From positions 1-14,260 of the forward strand of contig JAPCJP010000042.1 in the NCBI GenBank assembly GCA_027886885.1: a DNA stretch of 14,260 nucleotides. Reading direction: 5' to 3'. This DNA comes from Nitrososphaerota archaeon (lineage in GTDB: Archaea > Thermoproteota > Nitrososphaeria > Nitrososphaerales > Gagatemarchaeaceae). Below, piece after piece: positions 6,638 through 12,416 of the stretch (position 1 is its first letter; every line of letters starts with the position of its first letter). The translations under genes and the position numbers were made by a program. The notes under the pieces were generated by a model, which saw nothing but the letters and a program-made list of their open reading frames with translations, was not told the origin of the DNA and did no database searches.

Positions 6638-7219
6638 ATGAGAAAGCGGACGGTAATCATAGGTCTGATCTTACTGGTCATCGGGATAGCCTTCGTGGCT
6701 GGCGGGGTAGCTGGCCTCAGAGGCACCACCAGCGCGATATCCACCTTCACTCAGCCCAAAACAGGCGAATACGTCTCCTCTGAGGTGGTCCTGAACTCCA
6801 CTTCCACTTTGGTCGTAAGGTCGCCTTCCTCGACCGGAGGGCTCGTCCCGGCGCAGTCATTGAGTGAAGTGAATCAGACGAGTCTTGCGACGTACGCCCT
6901 TGCTGCAAACTCAACGAGGGGAGGGTCCGCGAGCTACGTCGGGCTCAAGGGAGGAGATTACTACTATGTCATCTTCACGTCAAGCCAGCCAACCACCACG
7001 ATAATAGTCACTGGAGACCTCGCCAGGACTATCGGGTCTGGGATCCTCGCGCTCATTGGCGGCGTCCTCTTCCTCGCGGGATTGATAGTGACCATAATCG
7101 GAGCAATCAGGAAGAGCGACAAGCCGAAGCAACCGCCCGGCGTGACCGATGCCGATTACTATTCGAAGCGCCAGGATAGCCCTCCGCCACCACCAAACAC
7201 AACCGCATTGGAGACCTAG
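6638..7219 (+). CDS. Hypothetical bitopic or two-TM membrane protein (193 aa) with a Pro-rich C-terminal tail
   Basis: N-terminal TM TVIIGLILLVIGIAFVAGGVAGL, an extracytoplasmic region of about 110 aa, a second TM IGSGILALIGGVLFLAGLIVTIIGAI, then RKSDKPKQPP...SPPPPPNTT. It is probably in an operon with the YVTN gene. Confidence 0.75.
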   Translation: MRKRTVIIGLILLVIGIAFVAGGVAGLRGTTSAISTFTQPKTGEYVSSEVVLNSTSTLVVRSPSSTGGLVPAQSLSEVNQTSLATYALAANSTRGGSASYVGLKGGDYYYVIFTSSQPTTTIIVTGDLARTIGSGILALIGGVLFLAGLIVTIIGAIRKSDKPKQPPGVTDADYYSKRQDSPPPPPNTTALET

Positions 7220-7220
7220 G

Positions 7221-7314
7221 ACGTTCGGCGACCTAGCGGCCGTCGAATCCGGAGGATGATCACCCACACCTTGCTCTACAGTTAGCCTCACCAGCCAGGC
7301 AGGTCGCCGAATGT
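7221..7314. repeat. Inverted repeat in a convergent intergenic region; function unknown, possibly a bidirectional terminator-like hairpin
   Basis: TTCGGCGACCT (7224-7234) is the exact reverse complement of AGGTCGCCGAA (7301-7311). As RNA the stem can extend to 14 bp with one G-U. The loop is 66 nt. It lies between the stops at 7219 (+) and 7347 (-). Confidence 0.35.
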
Positions 7315-7346
7315 AGACTGTTCTTGCGTGTCATAGGTCGATGGTG

Positions 7347-8615
7347 TCAAGACGCGGCCTGCAGCTGATAGATGTGACCGTCGGAGGAAAGGGCATAGAG
7401 GTTGCCCGATGAATCGAGACCGAACGAGTACATCGAAGACGTGCCCACGACCAGCTCAGCGTGATATGTGACCTGTGTACCGTTGTATTCAAGGGCCCAG
7501 ACGTTGCCAGTGCAGTAGTCGCCATACACGTAGGCACCGTCCAAAGAAGGGATCCCCTTTCCCGTGTAGACGTAGCCGCCTATTATCGCGCAATCTCCCT
7601 GCACGTGAGGATAGGCGATGACAGGGAGTTTCAGCCCCGATTCGTCACAACCGGACGGCGGCGAGTAGCATGAGAATCCTTCCATTATGTTCCACCCATA
7701 ATTCCCACCCTTGGTGACCAGGTCTACCTCCTCGAACCTGTCTTGTCCGACGTCCCCGACCCAGAGTTGACCTGCCGGGTCGAACGAGAACCGCCAGGGG
7801 TTGCGCAGACCATAGGCCCAGATCTCGCCTCGGTCCCCGGCTACCCGGACGAAGGGATTATCGGAGGGAATGGAATACGGCGCCTCTGCCGAGGCGTTCC
7901 CCACGTCGATTCGAAGGACCTTTCCGAGGAGGGTGGACATGTTCTGCCCGTTCCCCATCGGGTCTCCTTCCGAGCCTCCGTCTCCGACTCCTACGTACAG
8001 GTCCCCGTCGGGTCCGAACGCCAGCATGCCGCCATTGTGATTGTTGAACGCCGGCGGTTGCGAGATCTGCAGGATGACCAGCTCGGTGCTGGGGTCGACC
8101 ATGCCCGCGTTGCTGGCGTCGACCGTGAACCTTGCCACTACCGCGTGTCTGCCTGCCCCGGCGGCCGTGTAATACACGTAGAGGTATCCGTTTGCCGCGA
8201 AGTCAGGGTCGAACGCCAACCCGAGCAATCCCTGCTCGTTCCCGGAGGAGTTGACGAGGTTCCTGAGGTCGAGGAATGTGGCCGTCGAGCTCACGTTCCG
8301 TTCGTCCGGGAACTCCAGTATCTCACCCACCTGAAGCACCAAGAACATCCTGTCCGTCCCATCGTCGGGGGAGGTCAGAAAGACCATGCGATTGAATGAT
8401 AGGTAGGGGAATGCCGCAGCAAGCGTCATCGAGCCGTTCCCGGGCAGTATGGAGGAGTTCGAGAGGCGGGTCGAGGAAGTGGTGCTGACGATGCCGGTTG
8501 TTGAGCTCACGCTGCTCGTCCGCGCGCCCCCGTTCGACGCGACGAGGTAGAGAGCGACGGATGAAACCAGGATGATGATGACGAGGACTGCGGCGAGGGT
8601 TCGCTTCGAGGACAA
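7347..8615 (-). CDS. PQQ-dependent sugar dehydrogenase (soluble glucose/sorbosone dehydrogenase family), membrane-anchored
   Basis: 422 aa with a TTG start. An N-terminal TM anchor (LAAVLVIIILVSSVALYLVA) is followed by an S/T-rich linker. The beta-propeller body has family signatures: GLLGLAFDPDF, HNGGMLAFGPDGDLYVGVGDGG, GKVLRID, YGLRNPWRFSFD and GGNYGWN. Confidence 0.9.
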   Translation of the reverse strand: MSSKRTLAAVLVIIILVSSVALYLVASNGGARTSSVSSTTGIVSTTSSTRLSNSSILPGNGSMTLAAAFPYLSFNRMVFLTSPDDGTDRMFLVLQVGEILEFPDERNVSSTATFLDLRNLVNSSGNEQGLLGLAFDPDFAANGYLYVYYTAAGAGRHAVVARFTVDASNAGMVDPSTELVILQISQPPAFNNHNGGMLAFGPDGDLYVGVGDGGSEGDPMGNGQNMSTLLGKVLRIDVGNASAEAPYSIPSDNPFVRVAGDRGEIWAYGLRNPWRFSFDPAGQLWVGDVGQDRFEEVDLVTKGGNYGWNIMEGFSCYSPPSGCDESGLKLPVIAYPHVQGDCAIIGGYVYTGKGIPSLDGAYVYGDYCTGNVWALEYNGTQVTYHAELVVGTSSMYSFGLDSSGNLYALSSDGHIYQLQAAS

Positions 8616-8673
8616 GGACTATGGATACTCCCGAGCGCGTTTCAGGTAAACAAGGGTATCGGCGAGGGATGGA

Positions 8674-8698
8674 GGGTTCATTGCGCCTCCGCCGGGAC
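8674..8698 (+). repeat. Intergenic conserved motif, copy 4 (consensus-like)
   Basis: GGGTTCATTGCGCCTCCGCCGGGAC. It ends 2 nt from the hydrolase stop codon (8700-8702) and starts 59 nt upstream of the PQQ-dehydrogenase TTG. Confidence 0.9.
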
Positions 8699-8699
8699 G

Positions 8700-9749
8700 T
8701 CAGCGGACCAGAGTCAGAAATCGTCGCGGATTATCGACGAGAATCCGGTCAATCGTTTCCTGGGTCATTCCCCTCCTTCGCATCAACGGCACCACGTTCT
8801 CGAGGATGTGGGCGTATCCGAACCCTCCATAGCAGTAGAGGGACTGCTTCTCGCAGATGTCCTGGGAGATCAGGATCCGGTCAGCGTAACCGGCGTCGAC
8901 GAGCTGCTTGACCATGTGGACACGCATCTGGTCGTTCGGGTCGGGGAAGGGCAGGTCTTGGAGGGTCCCGAAGTAGCCGAAGACGTCGAACTCGATGGTA
9001 GCGCCACGGTCCATGACCGCCTTCATCTGCGAGAGTTCCCCGATGGTGCGTTCAATGTGGGCTATTATGACCCGCTTCATGTCGGCGTGCTCCTCCTCGA
9101 GGACGTCGAGAATCAACTGCGGGTGTGCTGGGTTCCTCCCCGGGTGGACCATGAGCGCCGCCCCCGTCTCCAGCTGGGCCCTCGCGGCTCCCCGCAGGAC
9201 CTTCTCCTCGTTCGTCCCCCAGGGGTAGGTCGTCCCTATCTCTCCGATTATGCCTGCGCGCACTTGGGTGCCGTCCATGCCCACCGTGATGTCGCGCACG
9301 ATATCGGACCTGATGTCCTCGACCGACTTGCCGGCGACCTCAGGAGGATGGAACCTTGAGATGTAATACCCGGCTCCGGCGACGATGTTGAGCCCTGTGC
9401 GGAGGGAGAGCTCGCGGAGCGAGGTGGGTGCCCTTGCCAGCCCGATGGTGGTCACGTCCACGATGGTGTTGCCCCCGGCGTTCCTGAACCTCCGCGCCTC
9501 CTTCGCCATCATCTCCATGTCGTCGAGGTGGAGGTTGTCCAGGTTCCTCATGGCATCGCCCCTCACCCACCCCAGGTTGTCTAGGCCCAGCGGGGCTAAT
9601 GCCATCCTCCTCTTCACCGGGTCTTCGGGCGCGACGAAGTAGTGCGACGCGATATCCAGGAACAGGTGCTCGTGCATGAGGGTCGTGCCCAGCTCACTGG
9701 GTTCGACCGGCCCGAGGACGGTCTGGGCCTTGCCGGCGGGTCTGCTCAT
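8700..9749 (-). CDS. Phosphotriesterase-family (PHP/PLL-like) amidohydrolase-fold metallohydrolase
   Basis: 349 aa. LGTTLMHEHLFLD carries the HxH metal ligands. Further ligand-position residues are AGIIGEIG, ALMVHPG, IIAHIE and LISQDI. No signal peptide. CTTAAAT (rc of 9774-9780) is centred 28 nt upstream of ATG 9749. Confidence 0.92.
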   Translation of the reverse strand: MSRPAGKAQTVLGPVEPSELGTTLMHEHLFLDIASHYFVAPEDPVKRRMALAPLGLDNLGWVRGDAMRNLDNLHLDDMEMMAKEARRFRNAGGNTIVDVTTIGLARAPTSLRELSLRTGLNIVAGAGYYISRFHPPEVAGKSVEDIRSDIVRDITVGMDGTQVRAGIIGEIGTTYPWGTNEEKVLRGAARAQLETGAALMVHPGRNPAHPQLILDVLEEEHADMKRVIIAHIERTIGELSQMKAVMDRGATIEFDVFGYFGTLQDLPFPDPNDQMRVHMVKQLVDAGYADRILISQDICEKQSLYCYGGFGYAHILENVVPLMRRRGMTQETIDRILVDNPRRFLTLVR

Positions 9750-9773
9750 CTATGTGGATTGAGAGCCGCCGTG

Positions 9774-9780
9774 ATTTAAG
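9774..9780 (-). promoter_or_regulatory. TATA-like box for the phosphotriesterase-family gene
   Basis: CTTAAAT on the minus strand, centred 28 nt upstream of ATG 9749. Confidence 0.45.
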
Positions 9781-9806
9781 GTGACGCCATCTTCTCGCCT
9801 TGTATA

Positions 9807-9831
9807 GCGCCTATTGCGCCTCCCCTAGGGA
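9807..9831 (+). repeat. Intergenic conserved motif, copy 5 (5' part diverged)
   Basis: GCGCCTATTGCGCCTCCCCTAGGGA, preceded by CTTGTATA. It lies in the divergent region between the hydrolase and pLGIC genes, between their TATA-like boxes. Confidence 0.75.
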
Positions 9832-9853
9832 GAGTGTTCCTCGGCGGTCGCAG

Positions 9854-9860
9854 CTTATAT
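9854..9860 (+). promoter_or_regulatory. TATA-like box for the pLGIC gene
   Basis: CTTATAT, centred 31 nt upstream of ATG 9888. Confidence 0.45.
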
Positions 9861-9887
9861 CTCGGGTTGAGGACCGCGGAGACCCCG

Positions 9888-10883
9888 ATGCGCAGTCTGA
9901 AAATTGCAGCTCCTCTTGTGGCCGCTCTCCTGCTCGTGTCGTTCCTCGGCCTTGTCTCCCCCGCGCACGCCCAGACGCAGCCTCCCACCGAGGTCACCAT
10001 CGGAGCTTATGTGATAAACATCAGCGACTTTAACGTCGGACAAGGCACGTTCTCGGCGGACTTTTACCTCTGGTTCTCCTGGCAGGGAAACTGGACAGGT
10101 AGTTCGTCCTCCGCGGCGCCGCTGCCGAGCGATTTCGAACTCATGAACGGTTTCGTTAACAAAGCGACGCTCATCCAATCAAACCAGAACCTTAGCGGCG
10201 GCTACAACTACCTGATATATCGAATCCAGGCTTCCATGACAGACCCCGTCAACCTGCAGGACTATCCCTTCGACCACCACGACCTCACCATCGAGATCGA
10301 GGACCAGGACCACGATGTGACTTCGCTTGTCTACCTCCCCGATCAAGAGAGCCGCATCGACCAGCTGGTCGCTCTGCAGGGATGGCAGTTGCCGACGTCG
10401 CCGGCCGACGTCTACGTTGTGAATCATTTCTACAACACGACTTTTGGCGAGCCGGGTCAGAACTACACCGAGACCTACTCCAGGTTCATACTCTCTATCC
10501 CCATCGAGAGGCCGGTACTCTCCTCTGTCGTGGAGACCTTCGTCCCTATCATTCTCATCCTGATAGTCGCCATGATCTCTTTCCTCATCAAGCCAACCGA
10601 GTTCGGCTCGAGGTTGGGGCTGAACGTGACGACGCTGCTCACAGCGGTGGCGTTCCAGATCAATCTGACGGCGGGCATCCCTCAGTTCGGATTTCTTACG
10701 CTGGCAGACAGGTTGATGATCAGCCTCTATATCGTCCTGGTCTACTCGCTCCTCATGACGGTGAGCCTGGCGACCATAAAGGGCGAGAGGAGCGCGCGGG
10801 CGGTCAGACGCCTCAACGAGGCCAGCGCCATCATGGTGCCCCTCCTGATGGTGGGCCTGCTCGTCCTCGATTTTCTGCTTTGA
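9888..10883 (+). CDS. Prokaryotic pentameric ligand-gated ion channel (GLIC/ELIC-type, Cys-loop receptor superfamily) homologue
   Basis: Signal peptide MRSLKIAAPLVAALLLVSFLGLVSPAHA/Q. The extracellular domain has VTIGAYVINISDFNVGQGTFSADFYLWFSW. It also has LQDYPFDHHDLTIEIE, the FPFD loop signature without the two cysteines, as in bacterial members. Pre-M1 ERP is followed by M1 VPIILILIVAMISFLI, M2 RLGLNVTTLLTAVAFQINL, M3, a 14-aa M3-M4 loop and M4. The track start at 9834 is unlikely; CTTATAT at 9854-9860 is centred 31 nt upstream of ATG 9888. Confidence 0.85.
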   Translation: MRSLKIAAPLVAALLLVSFLGLVSPAHAQTQPPTEVTIGAYVINISDFNVGQGTFSADFYLWFSWQGNWTGSSSSAAPLPSDFELMNGFVNKATLIQSNQNLSGGYNYLIYRIQASMTDPVNLQDYPFDHHDLTIEIEDQDHDVTSLVYLPDQESRIDQLVALQGWQLPTSPADVYVVNHFYNTTFGEPGQNYTETYSRFILSIPIERPVLSSVVETFVPIILILIVAMISFLIKPTEFGSRLGLNVTTLLTAVAFQINLTAGIPQFGFLTLADRLMISLYIVLVYSLLMTVSLATIKGERSARAVRRLNEASAIMVPLLMVGLLVLDFLL

Positions 10884-10987
10884 GTGAACGCGTCAGTGGA
10901 GGATGGGAGTCAGTCCCGAAGACCGATTCGCCTTTCCCTTCGGAGTGACTCTTCCGGACCGGTTCCGGCGTGACGAGCCACGCACTG

Positions 10988-11012
10988 GGGTTCATTGCGC
11001 CTCCGCTGCATC
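10988..11012 (+). repeat. Intergenic conserved motif, copy 6
   Basis: GGGTTCATTGCGCCTCCGCTGCATC. Its first 19 nt are identical to copy 4. It lies in the convergent gap between the pLGIC stop (10883) and the stop at 11027. Confidence 0.9.
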
Positions 11013-11026
11013 CCAGTTTATTCCTC

Positions 11027-11329
11027 TTACACTGCGGAACCGACCACGGCGACGAGCATGAGAAAGGTCACGAGTGCGACGGCGAGAAAGGTTCCTGCGA
11101 TGAAACGGCCGAAACCGGCTTCAGACCTGCGGTAGTAAACCGTAATCGGGCTTACAACAAAGACCAAGACCAGATACAGCAGGACCAATTCAAAGAAGAA
11201 GCCAAGCTGATTGGGTCCTGCGTTGATAATCCTCCACCCCACAAGAACGAACGGTAGCGCCACGACGAATGCGATTGCGGATCCCAACTCGAATGGATTG
11301 GATATCGGCTTACGAAGGGGGACGCTCAT
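11027..11329 (-). CDS. Hypothetical small membrane protein (100 aa, about 3 TM)
   Basis: ATG 11329 to TAA 11027. Hydrophobic segments: AIAFVVALPFVLVGW, FFFELVLLYLVLVFVVSPI and FIAGTFLAVALVTFLMLVAVVG. No recognised family. Confidence 0.65.
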   Translation of the reverse strand: MSVPLRKPISNPFELGSAIAFVVALPFVLVGWRIINAGPNQLGFFFELVLLYLVLVFVVSPITVYYRRSEAGFGRFIAGTFLAVALVTFLMLVAVVGSAV

Positions 11330-11526
11330 TGCCTACAATGTCCAAGTTGTGGACCTGAGGTCTAGATAACGCTTGTTCTCCTGATTCACAGGGCTATTGG
11401 CAACTCAGTGAGTTAGAGGTGATTTCAACCGTTCCGCGAGAAGATGGTCACCCACGCGTTGGGTTCAGTCCTTGATCTACAGGCGTCGCGGAAAGGTTCG
11501 CCGCAGCCACGCCGAGCCCGATAGGT

Positions 11527-11658
11527 CTAGCCCTGATGCCTTGGCCGCCCCACAATACCAGTTCCGTTGCACTTCGGGCAAGGCGCACTCTGGCCTCCAC
11601 TCATCGCGATTCTGCCAGTACCTTTGCAGTTCGAACACGGTCCTGTTCCCACCGACAT
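11527..11658 (-). CDS. Candidate 43-aa zinc-finger micro-protein with two DnaJ-type CxxCxGxG motifs
   Basis: Too short for the ORF track. My own translation: MSVGTGPCSNCKGTGRIAMSGGQSAPCPKCNGTGIVGRPRHQG, from ATG (rc of 11656-11658) to TAG (rc of 11527-11529). GTAAAAGA (rc of 11682-11689) is centred 28 nt upstream. It overlaps track ORF 11477..11665 in another frame, and that ORF has no features. Confidence 0.3.
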   Translation of the reverse strand: MSVGTGPCSNCKGTGRIAMSGGQSAPCPKCNGTGIVGRPRHQG

Positions 11659-11800
11659 CGGGCATTTGTGGCCCTCAGCCCTCTTTTACGTGTTCCGCCG
11701 TCAGCGCCAGCGAGTTGGTAGTCAGGCCGCTAGCAACAGTTACCAAAACCGATTATTGACCTGGTGGCATTAGTCCATTGAAGGAACTTTAGACATGTAA

Positions 11801-11825
11801 GGGTCAATTGCGCCTCCGCGGGAGA
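11801..11825 (+). repeat. Intergenic conserved motif, copy 7
   Basis: GGGTCAATTGCGCCTCCGCGGGAGA, preceded by ACATGTAA. It ends 17 nt from the stop at 11842. Confidence 0.8.
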
Positions 11826-11841
11826 CACTAGGTGCCCTGAG

Positions 11842-12294
11842 TCATTCTCTTGCTGCTCTTAGGACTAGGTAATCTTGAATGGCGTCGTAGGAGAAGATCA
11901 GAGGGAATAGGGTGAAGGCGAACGAAAGAAAAACAAGTTGAAAGTACTCAAAGAACAGAAGAAATACCGCATATGCAACGGAGATCCCAATCAGTACCTG
12001 AGCGTAACCTGAGTTAAGGCCGAATTTCCTGTAAAAAGCCCTTTGGAATGGGTTGGCCTCTCCTTGAAATCCAACCTTGCTGATGTGAGATACGGTTAGC
12101 TCGTTCGCCACTAGGTTTGATGCTACGGATGCGAACAAGCTGACAGATAGAAGAACGAAAAAAATCTCCGGGTCTGAGCTGTAGAGCTGGTTCCATTTGG
12201 TAACGGATGCGATGCTGAGCGTGAAAGCGACGATGAAGACAGTTACGAAGTAGAATCGCTGTCTCTTCGACAGTCCTCGCTTTGTCTGCTCCAC
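11842..12294 (-). CDS. Hypothetical 4-TM membrane protein (150 aa) in a low-GC segment
   Basis: GTG start at 12294 and TGA at 11842. It has four hydrophobic helices, for example FYFVTVFIVAFTLSIASV and VLIGISVAYAVFLLFFEYF. GAAATAC (rc of 12320-12326) is centred 29 nt upstream. Hand-counted GC is about 47%. Confidence 0.7.
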   Translation of the reverse strand: MEQTKRGLSKRQRFYFVTVFIVAFTLSIASVTKWNQLYSSDPEIFFVLLSVSLFASVASNLVANELTVSHISKVGFQGEANPFQRAFYRKFGLNSGYAQVLIGISVAYAVFLLFFEYFQLVFLSFAFTLFPLIFSYDAIQDYLVLRAARE

Positions 12295-12416
12295 ACCAGT
12301 GTTTCTTGCGCGTTATCGGGTATTTCTTGATTACTGTAGAGATTGGCACGATGAGAGCGAGAGGGCGGAACGTCCCCCGGAAGCTCCACGGATGGAGGTC
12401 CGTTGCGCCCCGCTTG

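Noticed and set aside
8674-8698. The motif, and GGGTTCAGTCC at 11461-11471, as tRNA T-arm fragments or tRNA-derived att sites.
   Set aside because: GGGTTCA resembles a T-loop start. However, there is no complementary T-stem, acceptor stem or anticodon arm in any copy. I found no tRNA gene in the window.
7743-9359. Plus-strand ORFs 7743..8399 (218 aa) and 8808..9359 (183 aa).
   Set aside because: They are antisense shadows of the PQQ dehydrogenase and phosphotriesterase-family genes. The opposite-strand products have strong family signatures and these ORFs have none.
9834-9887. Upstream extension of the pLGIC ORF, using the track start at 9834.
   Set aside because: The extension (MFLGGRSLYLGLRTAETP) would bury the clear signal peptide that begins at ATG 9888. 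It would also place the CTTATAT box (9854-9860) inside the coding sequence.
1893-11825. The repeated motif as integron attC sites delimiting cassettes.
   Set aside because: The motif and its flanks lack the imperfect inverted-repeat architecture of attC (R''/L''...L'/R', RYYYAAC...GTTRRRY). The intervening genes have mixed orientations and their own promoters, and no integrase is present. A different, unknown recombination system is not excluded.
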